Positions 9,801 to 23,410 of a DNA stretch of 64,000 nucleotides are shown here, in pieces. The notes under the pieces are model-generated. The model had not been told where the DNA came from. It made no database searches and saw only the letters and a list, made by a program, of their open reading frames with translations. The translations under genes were made by a program, and so were the position numbers. The DNA comes from Podarcis filfolensis (lineage: Eukaryota), in the NCBI GenBank assembly GCA_964270895.1, contig OZ185444.1; one strand, given 5' to 3'. How positions within the stretch are numbered: position 1 is the first letter of the stretch; each line of letters opens with the position of its first letter.

Positions 9801-12800
9801 CCCCAAAAAAAATTCTGACCATGAAAAGTGCGGCTTATATTCATGACCTTACAAAAATTGGATTGGAGTGGGCTTGTGCCCAGATGTTGCCTGGTTTCAA
9901 CTGGGCCAGCTCCCAAGATGGCGGCGCAGTGAGGGGGTCCCTTAGAGGGAGCCAGAAGGCGGCGAGGAGGAGGAAGGAAGAGAGGAGCGTGGATGAGCGA
10001 GTGATAAGGTCTGCTAGGAGGAGGAACAGGAGATGCAGTTGGTGTGCTGGGACTGGCGCTAGCCTGAGGTGCCGCCTGGCTTTAGCCCGCCGAGGGGCAC
10101 ATGAGTCCCGCCAGCTGCTGCGTCTGTCCGCCCATCCCATTGTGGTCCCATGGTGGTGTTGACCCTCTGGAAGCGCTGCTGCCCACTGCTGCTGCCGCCG
10201 GAGTGAAAGAGCTGCCTCCTTGGCCCTCCTCAGCCCCCACTCCTCCTCAGGTATTGTCATTTCTTTTCCCCCCTTTAATTTTAAAGGTGCAGCTTATATT
10301 CGGGTGCGGCTTATATTCAGGCCAATATGAATATACCGTATTTTTCGCTCTATTGGACGCACCAGACCACAGGACGCACCTAGTTTTTAGAGGGGGAAAT
10401 CAAGGGAAAAAATATTATCCCCCCCCCCAGCCCCAAAGAGCAAGGGACAGGCTGTGCGCAGCCTGTCCACTTCTCCCAGAGCTTCTCGGGGCTGCGGGGG
10501 AAGCCTGGGCCCCCCCAGCCCCAAAGAGCAAAGAAGCCAAGACAGCGAGTGGGATCCATAGCCGTGCAACCTCTCCAGCCAGGAGCTAAACCTCTCCAGC
10601 ACAGCTAAAGAAGACAAGGCAGCGAGCGCGATCCATCCCACTCACTGCCTTGGCTTCCTCTTTAGCCTTGAGCAGCATCTTTAGCCTTGCGCAACGGGAT
10701 GGATCGTGCCTGCTGTCCACCGGGCTGGACTAGATGACTCCTGGGGTTCCCTTCCAACCCTGCAATTCTATGACCTTGGAAGGTGTTGGGGGTCTCCACC
10801 ACTGGAGGCTTTTAAGCAGCAGTTGGGGGACCATCTGCCTGGCGTTCTTTAGCTGTAATTCCTACATTGTGAGGGGGCTGGGCTAGATGACCCTCGGGTG
10901 GCCCTCCCAACTCTATACAGTCCTACACTTCTGCGGCAGGAGATCCACAGCCACTTCACACAATACCCACTCCCAATTTTCATTGGAGAGACATGTGGCT
11001 TCAGTGTCTAGGTAGGTACCCCCCTACCTGCCACTCTCCCCCCACCCCACTTAAGCCGAGGGAATTCCTGCCCAGAGAAGCTCCCAGGTGAGGCAAGGGT
11101 TAAGATCTACCTCTGGTAAATGGCTTTCCCTTTTCTCTTCTTCTTCTGTGCTATTTCCTTCTTTTGTGTTTTGTTTAATCTGTTTTTATTGTATACTAAA
11201 ATAAAAGCTGCAAAGTTTCCTTTTTTATAATATCCCCCCCTCCAAACTAAAATGTTAATCTAGATAAAAACACTGATCCAGAGGAAAAGAAGGGGGTGGA
11301 GAAAGGACGAAAAAAGAAAAAGAGGTAGAGATAGATTTTTTAAAAGTTGGCTTCTTTAGCCTTGCTCAGCCTCCCGTGGCTGGAGAGGTGCGCAATGCTA
11401 AGAAGGAAGCCAGGGGAGCGATCGGGGATGGATCGCGCTCGCTGCCCGGGCTTCCTCTTTAGCCTTGCACAGCCTCCCGTGGCTGGAGAGATTGCGCAAG
11501 GCTTTTCTAGAGGAGGGAGAAGGGACTGACTGACCACGTCAGTCCCTTCTCCCTCCTGGGGAAAAGCCTGCAAGGAGCCGCACGATGCTTGTGTGTGGCT
11601 CTTGGGGGCTTTTCCTGCCTGCCTCACCCCCTGCATTCGCTCCATAGGACGCACAGACTTTTCCCCTTAGTTTTTAAGACGGAAAAACTGCATCCTATGG
11701 TGCGAAAAATACGGTAATCTGAAGTCTTATCTTGTTCCGCCGATTTCAGTGTAGTGTAACTGCATTGTATGATACTATATTTGGTGATGTTTAATATATG
11801 TACTGTAGTTCCAACCTATCACATTGCATTATCACAATACCAGAGGTTGTGAGATTAGAATGAAACACAGAGTACCATTACAATTGGTGCTTTACTGATA
11901 TAAAGGCCCACAGGATTAGATCTAAGCTGTTAAGCTTTGCTTAAAACAGTTTAAATCCAAATTAACTTTAAAAAAACCTTGATACATATTTTTCTTCAAA
12001 GGACTCTAAGTATGCTTATTCCACTGCAGGAGGCAAACTAATCATTTACAGCAATAGCTTCTGGAGACTGAAGAATGTCCAGATCCACCCCTGCTGTTAA
12101 GGTACTTGCTACAGACAAATAAGCAGAAGTGATCAGTTCACAGAGGACAGACCAAAATGCTCTGTTTTACAGCTTTTCCCATCTTTAGAAAACTTTCAGT
12201 ATGCTAAAGCTAGGTTGGGGGGAGCACCTCAGCCAAACACATCTTCCTAATCTCCAACCCATGCACTAACTTCAGTTCTTTATCCCTTGTATTAAGTGAG
12301 AGTTCCCCAGTCTGGGTTTATTGTCATGCTTAGGAAAGGAAGTGTAGGAGCTGGTGCATGAGGGTAGACAGTGTTTACCCCAGTGCTTGTTCATGGCAGT
12401 TTTGTTGTTTTTTAAGGGATGGTGGGGAGAAAGAAGAGTGAAATAAAAGCATCATTTCACCTGAAATTGCAAATCAGGCCTCAGACACCAGACAATATAG
12501 ATATGTAATCAATTAGATTAATAATAGTTCTCCTCAAGGCAAGGATTTTGCAGTTATCATACCTTAATTTTTTTTTCACCAACTGCTGTCCGAATTCTCT
12601 GTCTCAAAACTTTTGGAGAAGATCCACTAGATTGTGCTGGAGATCTAAATTAATATAACAGTGACTGTAAGCAATAGTGACCAGCCCAATATATGAGAAC
12701 ATATTACAGTGAATTTTCATTACATGCATATATAGATTTGGCGTCTGTTTTTTAAAATTCCAAAATAAATGACTTTTTAGCATATGAACAAAAAAGCAAA

Positions 12801-15800
12801 CCCAGTCCCAAAACAAAACCTACTGCAGCTGCTCTGACTGGAGAGATGCAACATGTATTTTGATCTGCAGAGACCTTTGGCTGTGTGGGTGTTTTATTCA
12901 TTTTAAAGAAGGGAGCCAATTCATATGTACACAAAAAATGCTTGTGTAAATAGGTTCCTGTCATGAAACAAATGCTTTTTTAGTTCAGAAATCTGCAGAC
13001 ATACAAAGGAGCTCTGTACCTATTGATGACAGCTTGATTGGAAAAGCTAATATTGGGGCGGGGGGAGACAACTTATTTATTTATCATTGTATATACTTTT
13101 AGTTTTTTACCCTTTTTCTATTGTTTTTATTTTATCACTGTAGCTGTAATGACTATTTTGGGTAAAGTCATAAGTTTACTAAACATTCTGCTGAAACTGA
13201 ATTTTTCATTAAGGAAATATGGGTAGCAATAAGGCTTCTCAGTTGCCATATTTTATCTAACTCCAAGCAACATAAAACTGGCTCAGTTAGAAAGTATCTT
13301 TAACAGTACTTAAGTCTTGGTATGCTTCTGCTCAAGTGTTTCACTCCATTTTTTACTTTGCAATTGTTTCCCCCTTGTTGATGACATTATTTTTGTTATA
13401 CAGAATTCTATGACTAATATTTTATTGATACAATATTGTCATCCTTTTCCACCCAAGAATAATTCCAGCCGAGGACAGTTGAATGCATCAACTTCCTGAG
13501 CCATTGTCTTCTTTGAAACACACATTCCACACTTCCCAAGTTACAGTATGCTTGCTGTTCTTTACATAGTCTTTGTATAGGAGATAACTGCATATGAGGT
13601 GGCCCCAAGTCATCAGCTTCATGGGAAAAAGTATTCTTGCTCTCACCTCTTCTGTGAGGCTTTGCCATTTTTCAGCACCTAGCACTTACCTGAACAACAA
13701 AAAGGTACAAGGGAATCCGAATTCATCACCAAACAACATTTGGGCTTTGTTTTTGGGAGGAGGATCGGTAGCTGCTTCATCCAAAAGTGCTAATAAGGCC
13801 TTCACAGTATCTTTGCCACAATAAGCAGTGCCATGGTTTATAGCATGTAGCTTGGGCTGAAATTAAATATTGACTATTATTAGCTTTACAGGAGGGGTTT
13901 GCATCAATTGACTCACCTGATCAAAGTAGATTTAGGTCGTGCAATTTAGGATATAAAACCTCTCTGATAAAGCTTAAAACTTGAACATAAATGTTTGTGC
14001 ATGTGTATCATTGGATTAAAAGTGACTAGTTACAGGTTGGGATTATCAGATGCATGGGTGGAGGTTGTATCACATAGTACATCTACTTATCTTAGAACAT
14101 GCTGTGCCCCAACTTAAGACAGCAAGAACCAACAAGGTGCACCACTGAAGGGTAATGCCACAGAAAGATAATGCCAAGGGATTGAAGAAAGGGAGGGCTT
14201 AGCAAAAAGACCTCCCAGAGTTAATCGCCAATCCAGCCAAGGAAAAACCCAGCATATAAACATTAGTAACATAATAGTAAGGGTAATCACAATGTCAACC
14301 ATTACTACGAATAAAAGGAAAATCTTTTTTTTTTTCAAAATCTGAAAAGGTAGAAGTTTATAATGTTTGGGTAAAATTGTTGTTGGTAGCAATGTCTTGA
14401 GACACTAGACAAAATCTAGAATATTTCACTCTGATGTTAAGTTATCAATATTAAATTATTAGAAAAACTCTTTTCTTTCATAATTCTTTAGAAGTACCCT
14501 ATTTGCCAAGTAAGACTATGTGTGTACACACGCGCACACACACACACACACATATCCCTCAGTACAAAGCAAATTCTTTATTTCGACTAGCTAAACCCAT
14601 ATTATAGGAAACCTAGATTGCATATAGTTCTTACATTGTATTACATATATTACCTATTATTGTATTAAATTTGTATTACTGAGTTAGTTTCTACATTCAA
14701 ATCATTAAGAAAAATGTCCTTTCTTTTATATCAAACAATTTAGAAGAACAAAAGGAGGCCCCTTACCCGGGCTGGACTAATTCCAGTGGTGCTAGCTGTC
14801 ATAGACTCATGCTGAAAGTTGATAATATTTTTAATCCTCAAATCCAAATCTTGTACAACTTCCTCTGCTGCTTGACAGAAGGCATCCCTGCTGTTTCTTC
14901 CTTTTATCAAATGCATCTTGATTGTTGATAGAATTTCCCCCCCTGCAAGTCTAAAAACAGACCTAGGGTCATCTCCATATTCATCTTGGCGCTATTTTAA
15001 TATACTTAATAGTTCTGAAAACAGAGCGTCTTCACAGTTAATCAAAACTGTTCAGCCAACAGCTTTGATCTATTCAGTTGCACAGCATCATGCAATAAGA
15101 TCTTGCCCTTTAATGCAATCTTTCACTTTTAAGAATTGGAAGATTACAAGAGTCAAGGAGCAGGGACAGTAGACTTCTCTCTAGGTTACAATTTTAAATA
15201 GAAAAGGAAATAATTAAAACTTGCTATGCCATCAGGCTATCATTTGTTCACTCACATTATCTAATTCTGCTTATTAGCCACAAGTGGATTAAAGTTTGAA
15301 AAGAAGTGAAATCTGCCTGTTGTTAGAGAACATTTCCATTTCCCAAACTTTTATAAGCTCATAAGCCAGCAAAAGTGTTTTGAGTACTGTTTAGTAATAA
15401 TTAAATAGCTAGCACAAACGGGTCATTTACAAACATATTTTTAATAAAAGTGTCTGACGTATGCTTCCAGCAGCAGAGGGAAAGACAAGATTTCTGTATT
15501 TTTAATACAGTGCATACTTTATACAAGTCAGTTCTCAACATTCCATGATGCATACTAGTGTGTAATCAAGAAAACAGAAATTTAGTGAGGACCATGCAAA
15601 TAGAATAAGTTCAATTCCTAATCACTAGAATCACTAAGTATAGTTAGCAGCTTTAATCACTACCCCACGGCAATTCTTACATGATTGTTGGGTGTTTGTT
15701 GGTATATAGGTAGGAGTAAAGAATGTAAACTTTCCATCCTTCTCTGACCCCCACCATTCAAACTTGAGAGGCCTTTAGCTAGCTTAGTAAGAAATGAAGC

Positions 15801-18800
15801 TTCTGCTCTGTTAGCTTAATTACATAGTCAGGAAAATCCTCCTTTTCAAGAAACTCCAGTAGCCAAGCATTTTGTCCCAAATATGACCTCTTAGTAAGCC
15901 ACTACTATGTTTCTATCTAGTATGGATTTTTACCTGCATAATTTCTGATCAAAGAGCTCTTAAGTGTAAAATTTGAGTAGTAAAACCTATGGTACCTTAA
16001 TCCAGAGTTTTCCCCATACACAAACACTCAGTGCTTTTTTTTTTCTTAGAAAAAAAAAAGTTTAGCACTACTCTCATTTTCCTACTCATATTGAAATACT
16101 GCCCCTTAATGAGGCCAAACTTATATTCACAAAATGTTTAGGGGTATGTGTACCCCTGCATCCCCCCAGAAAAAAAGCACTGCAAGCACTGCTACCTACC
16201 TTCCAATAAGGGACCATCATAATTAAAACTTCTGTTCATCATAGGTATAGAAAAGACTCTTTCCAGGCCAGGCAACCTACAACAGTCTTTTGATTAAGAT
16301 GCTTACAAACCAATCTCCCATTAATAGTCTGGCAATTGTGTATGAGGATCACACCTAGTCTGATTGGATAGTTCTACAAAGAGGGCCATTTAGCTATTAT
16401 TCTTGTTCTGGCAGCACAACATTCAGGAAAACTAAGATCAATGTGTTTGTTTCTACCTAATATTGCTGCTCCAACAGCTAAGATCCCAATGCTCATTTTT
16501 CTTTCCACGTTTTTCATTTCCAGGAAAAATGTTCCCATTCCCCATCAGATATACACAACTCTAGCTGGAGCAATGAAAGGAAAACTTCATTCATTTTTCA
16601 TATGAGGAGGCCAAGACAAAGTACTGATCTACTGTGTATGGGAATTAAAGACATTATGCCATGGTTTTCTTCATTTTGCATTAAGGTACAGTATAAACAG
16701 ATTAGTCTTCCCATCCGATTCTACCCTTGTTTAATCAAAAGTAAATCTCACTGAATTAAACAGGATTTGCTCCTAAATAACTATGCAAGGGATTGTACCT
16801 GAGGTTGATTTTATTAAGTTGCCCAAAGTATTAAATCTGTTCCCGATACATTGCATGAATGATTTTAAGCTGTACAAAAAAAAGCCAAGCAGTTAAGATT
16901 TGGTCTGTTTCACTTCCTGCTACATTACCTATGCCACATTAAATTAATTTAAACTGATTTCTGTCCCACTTCTGACCTGCAATATTAACAACTGGGAAGT
17001 TACACTTCTGGTCAGCAGAGAGTAGAGCATACAGTAAGGGGTTGGCTCATCTTCAGAAGGCAGGGTAAAAAACAATTCTAAAAATGTTTGCAGTAGCAAG
17101 CTAGAAGAGGAAAGAACTATCCTCCTATCCTCTCACTTGGCCTTGATGATAGCATTGTGGCCATAGGGGGGGGGAAACCACACTGGGGAATGAAACCTTA
17201 ACAGAATAGTATAAGGAAATAGCTAGAAAAATATGGAGAAGGGGTGTATTTAGAATCCCTGCCTGGCTTACCAGAGGGAACTGCACAAATGTTATGTACA
17301 TAGACCCTCCCACCACACTGATTTGACTCAAAAGGCAGAGCTGTATGCACTATTGTCTGCTAACTAGAAAAAAAATCTCTGCTTTACAGTAAATCCAACT
17401 TTTCATTCTTCATCAGTGGATTATACAGGAAAGGGATTTACAAATGCAGTACCCTCATGGACTAGGTGGAAGGAGAATTAGTAATCACAGCACTTGTTGT
17501 AGGATCCTCCTCCCAAAGGCTGCTTCTGTCAAAAGATATTTGTCTAGTTTGAGGTGCCTGGTGAATGTAGAGGGGTGAGCCCATGTGAATGCCCTGCAGG
17601 TGTCCTCCGTTGAAGTTCAGGTATGCAGAGCAGCTGAATATGCTCAAAAAACTGGTTGATGAGTGTCCCAAGTACTAGGTACATGTCCCATGTAGGGAAT
17701 CTATGAATAAATGCAGGGGGGTGGCAACAGGAGCAAGGGGTGGCAACAGGAGAACAGAACCACATAAGAACTGCTTAGTGTGGCTATGGGACCTTCCCCC
17801 AATCCAGTAACATTCAGTCCAGGGCCACCAAGTGCTTTCAAATCAAGACAAGCTTGCACAAACTCAAAGATCTCTCAGACGCCTGAAGCTGTGGCCTGGA
17901 CACAAAGGCATTTCCACCAGCAATGGAAAGCTTTCCTGGCCATTTCATAGACAAACATCTGGAAGCTAGGATTTTCCAGGCCACTTTATTGGGAAAACCC
18001 TTCGTCTAAAGCCACTCATGGTCTAAACACAGAGCTGCTGCCAACATGGGGGCTTATGGGTTAGAAAATCCAGCTGCATTGGGATATGCCAGAGTTCTTA
18101 ACAGCCCATCAGGTCCAAGAACCACAGACTCTGGAGCCAGTGGCAATTCACTAGTTGGACCCTGTCTCAGAGAGTTCTGACCTCCTGTAAAAGTTTGGAT
18201 AGGAGGAGAAAGTAGTGACAGGGAGGTGACACGGGTACCAGGTGGCCTATCTTTCTCAAAACTGGGTTTTGAGCCTTGTAGGTGCACCATGCCCATTAGA
18301 TGGAGCTGGATTCAGGTTATGAACTTGTTTTGTCCAGAAGGTTGTCTTCTTGCTCCTGGGACACAAATATTTTGAGCTGGATTGTGTCACCCCCTCCTCA
18401 CTCCCAGGTGTTGGATCCTCTCAGCTGTGATGAGAAAGCTCTTCAGTTGATTTATCATGAAGCCATGTTCCTCCAGTACTAAAGTGGTGGTCAGGATCTC
18501 CCTGCATGCTCTGGCCTTGGATATTCACAAGTCTGATCCTATAGTAAACAAGTTGCTGGCGGCATAAAAAGAATACTACTCCTCAATATGATTTTATAGT
18601 ATGTACTCTTTCTGGGAACTATGTGACGGAGAGAGCAATACAGACTGTCAAGAATATGGACAGCATTCAAAAACCTGATAAGACATAAAACAGCTTCCCC
18701 AACATCTATTCCAGGAACAGGAAAGCATATATCAAAATCCTATTACAGAGGTATCAGCATTTTTATTTTTTCCCGTCATGGCAGTTACAGAAAATGCACA

Positions 18801-21800
18801 TTGCAATTTATAACAAATATAATGTATTATATTACGGAATGTTGTTATACAATAGAAAGACAGCTCATGATAGATTGTGGGCATCAATCAGCTGGAGAAC
18901 TTATGTTATTTTACCAATTACTTATTTTAGAATGCACATTTTTATAGAATAGGTGTTTGAAATGCTTGCTCAGGTATTTTGATGCCAACTCTCTGGAATT
19001 TCCCCTCGCCATATTCAAAGCCTTGTATTATCCCTCATAGTTTTCACAAACCTCTTTTTACTCCAGGGTCAAAGACTTTGGAAAATTCATCAGCTGGCTA
19101 ATCAAGCTTTTTTTAAAATAAAATAAAATACAGTGACCACTCTGGTAAACTCCATCCTCACTAGGTACTGTTCCCCTATGGGTGCCTCACCAAGGGGTCA
19201 ATGGTTTTTATACTTGAACTTCTCATGTAATGACTAGTATGATGTGATGGGCATGCAGATTTATAACTATCTCAGGTTAGAAGCATATTCCATTATTTAA
19301 GGATGCCAGAAATATTTGCCCAGTTAATGGTTTAACACATAGCTGAGCTGTTTGTCTTCTCTCTGCTAAAAAAGCATGGCCATGTAGCTGTTCAAAGAGT
19401 TATATATCCTGAGCCACAAACTGCTCGAGGATACAGGAAATTTTTCTGGTCATGTGATACTGAAATATATTTTCCTAAGGAACCCTCCATTATCATGTCA
19501 CCTCTCCTCCCACACTGGCTCTCTGAGAAGCTTTGTCACTATAGCAGGGAAGGTCAGAAATTAAGGGAGCTGGAGTTGTACAATGTTTGGAGGGTCACAA
19601 GTTTCCTATCCTTAATTTATAAACTTATTTTCACTTGAATCCCACACGCACCTCCCTTCTCTCTCCCTTGCAATCCTTGCTCTGTCTGCAAAGTTGACCT
19701 CCTGTTATACAACTCACAGTTATCAGGTTCATGTATCAGGTTCTCATCCTTCAATGAACTCTTCTTTAATTAAGTATTTCCTGAACTTTTGCCTAAACTG
19801 ACTGCTTCTTCCTCCGCATTTCTCCTTGTCAATCCCATTCGTTCTTTACCCATCCAGATTTGCCCAGATACTGTGAACTACAAAGTTCTTTGAACATAGA
19901 TGTCACTTCTGTGGTTGTGCACAGGATGTAGTACTAGGCAAGTTTGCAGTAACAGCACTAGCCTCTGTTACTACTACTGATATTCTTTGGTAACACAAGA
20001 AAGCAAGCTTAAATCAAAACTAGAGAAAGAAAAAATGGAACAGAAGCAAGAAAGATTCACATATCACAATAAAGCAGAGGGCAATGTTTATGAGCTAGAA
20101 TTAGTAAAACAAGTCCCAGTTTCATGTGCTCCTCCCCTCTGGAATTTGGAAGTTTTAACCTCCACTTTTAGTTAAGCTCATCTTGCTATGCCATCTGGAC
20201 CCAGAGTTATAATAAACTTTATCCATCAGCTTCAGAAACCAGTTTGAAGTTGGCTTCTTTTAAAATTAACCATACAGTGGTACCTCAGGTTAAATACTTA
20301 ATTCATACTGGAGGTCCATACTTAACCTGAAACTGTTCTTAACCTGAAGCACCACTTTAGCTAATGTGGCCTCCTGCTGCTGCCGCGCCGCCGGAGCACG
20401 ATTTCTGTTCTCATCCTGAAGCAAAGTTCTTAACCTGAAGCAATATTTCTGGGTTAATGGAGTCTGTAACCTGAAGCGTATGTAACCTGAGGTACCACTG
20501 TAGTTTTAACCACAGTTTGTTTGTCCAGATAACACAACAAACTGTGGCAAACTTAAAGCAAAAGCTTCTGAACTCACTCACCCACCCAGCCACATTGGAG
20601 TTGGAAAGAGGAACATAGTGTGTAAACTTCTGGCTTATTTCCGTTTATGCATGTCACGAAAAACTAGGAGTGAGGAACCTCTGGCCCTAATTAGGCTGTC
20701 AGGAATCCACCTACTTGTCAGTCACAGCTACCTGCCAGTCCCATGACATCATGGCAGGTATATGCAAGTAACAAGATGGGAGAGCCAAAAGGGCTGATCC
20801 GCAGGGCTTCAGAAGCACTATACACTCAGCTTCTGAAGTACAACCATCAGCTGCTCACTAGTACTCCAACACGCTACATCATCCAGTGTCATTGTGACAT
20901 CTGGTGATTGACAGGTGAGTGGCCCAGCGCAGCTCAAGTTTGGGCAGCAGGGGTTGGGGAAGAGAGAAGCATAAGGCTCTGGCCTGCTAGACTGATCCAG
21001 TTGCTTCTGTGCTAAACAACATATAGTGTGATGTGCAAACCAACTCAAGCGTGTGGGAAAGCAAGGAAAGAAAGAGACCAAGGCTGCAATTCTATGCCTA
21101 CTTTCCTGACAGAAGGCATCTTTTAACTCAATGGGCCTTATTTATGAATAGACACGTATAGGATTTCTGTGTCTACTCAGAAGTAATTTCCAGTGCATTT
21201 GATGGGGCTTACTCCAAGTCAAACTATTTTCAATATTTTTTTTCAAATAACCTCTCTTGCCCTGTCTGCTTTACTGCAGTTGTTATTAAGGAAAGGCTGA
21301 ATAGATTCAATCTTCATATTGATAGGCTTACAAGGTTTGAAAACCCTCTATCTAAAATAGCTAAGAATGAGTGCATTTGTAATAGTTGCTGGCTTTGTTT
21401 TAATGAAGGAATATACATTTTAAACAGTGCTGCATGTACATATACATAGGAAAATTATTACCTCGGATCCTGGACTTCACCAATAATTTCTTCCAGTTTA
21501 TCAATGAAGTGAACCAAGTGTGAAAGTCCCTTCATATGAGTTCTTAAAGGATCAGTTGGGGAAGGGGCATAACCTTTTCCTCCAAGTTCTATGGTTCTGA
21601 TAAAAGATGTCGCCATCTAACAAGACATATAATTTGGCTAAGTAAAATAGTAATGCAAACATAGAAAACCAATACACCACACGTAAACCACAAATATTCC
21701 CACAAATATCAGGATGATTCAAGGCATCAAAGAAAAGTCCAAATTATTCCTTAAAATTAAACATAATGGCTTTCTATGCGATTGTAAAACAAAGACAAAT

Positions 21801-23379
21801 CTGTTCCAAATATGATAACTGTGTGCTATTGTGAAGCAAAACTACGAATCTTTGGAAAACTTAAGTATATTAATTGTTCAACCTATTCTACTGTTTCAAG
21901 CCAGAAGGATTGTGCCTGCATAGTAAGACAAATTTGATCTTCCCATTAGCCACCTTACATTTAAATGTTTTGTGCAGAATTCAATTAAAATTGTGTCAAT
22001 CAAAGCAGGTACTAGCATCAGGTGACTTCTGGGTCAAAATTCTGACCCCATAGCTGCCAATTCAGAGGTGGCCTGTATGGAAGGCACATAGGTCTGCCTC
22101 AACAGGACTTGGGATATTCATTGACCCTCAACAACATCATATAGTAATCCTTTGGCAAAAGCGTACACAAACCCAGTTAACCAGTGCACCAGAATCTGGT
22201 GGGTCTACAAGTGTGTTCTTCTTATCTACATATTGTATAATTAAAAAAAAAAGATGGGGGTTAGATTTTTAGAGAACCCCCAACCTTGTAGAATAATTCT
22301 GCCAGTGCTCATGGATACACTACAGATTCTGTGTGCTTCATAGGATCTTGACTACTCAATGGAAAGTATTTCGTCATTCTTCTTTAGAACAAAGCTGCCA
22401 AAAGAAAACCATGTTTTTATACAAAGAAGTTTTCTTTCTTTGGTAACCATAAAAGAGTGGCTGATGAACATAATCCAAGTCCATAATTCATAAAACACCA
22501 AATAATACAACTTTAGGAATTGAACTGATTAATCTTTCACATGTTTCCATACTTATTCAATTATAACACCCCAAAAACTTGACTATGCTACATCAAACCT
22601 GTTCCCAAGTCATGTTTTGAAAGGAATTAACATTTAAAACCCAAATTATGAATGCATGGTACAGTGCTCTGGCCTGAGTGATTTCCTATGGCTCTGTCAC
22701 TGATAATGGGCAAAGATCTTTGAGTAATGCCCATTTGACAGAGAATTTAGGAAACACTTTTTTCACAACTACTGCTTCATAAAGCAACTTTAGTGCTCTG
22801 AAGCCCATCAGTTTTGATTTGCTCCCCCTCTGGCTCCACCAAAACTATACTGATACAGATGAGCTGTCCTGAGAAGCTAGTATATTAGAATGATTTCAGT
22901 CAACTTTTTCAGTATTTGGTGTACTGACACAGCATACCTGACTACAACAATCCTCACAGAAACTATGCCTATATTCACTTATCTAAAATGGCAGACTGGA
23001 GGATTTGTACAACCAGCATGGATAATGCAGTACAAATGGATGACTTCTGGCTGTTACATGAACAATCCCAATCCAGCTCCTATATAGTTTGCTTTTTAAA
23101 AAAAAACCCAAAATCATCCTATTGCATCTCCTCAATGCCTTCAAATACAAAAAAATGCTTTGATTTGTCATACGTACCAAGAATATGGACATTTGTCTCT
23201 GCCGTGCAGCATGTTTTAGGTCAGTAAAAGCTTCCCTTCCAAGTCCTCTGTCAGGAACGTTTAAAATGTAAGCAAACGCCAGATCATTCTTGGAATTAAC
23301 CAATATACTTAAATATGCATACAAAATTTTCTTCACCATCAATGGTAGCTACATAAAAGAGAATCCTGTTAGTTTAATC

Positions 23380-23410
<31 letters not shown>

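Noticed and set aside
9821-10641. Cluster of 84-162 aa ORFs on both strands
   Set aside because: They lie in GC-rich MITE interiors where stops are rare, and show no recognisable domain.
12752-12964. Candidate PARPBP exon around 12820-12880
   Set aside because: No homology and no phase-compatible donor. The true exon is 12644-12563 (SPAQ...EKKIK).
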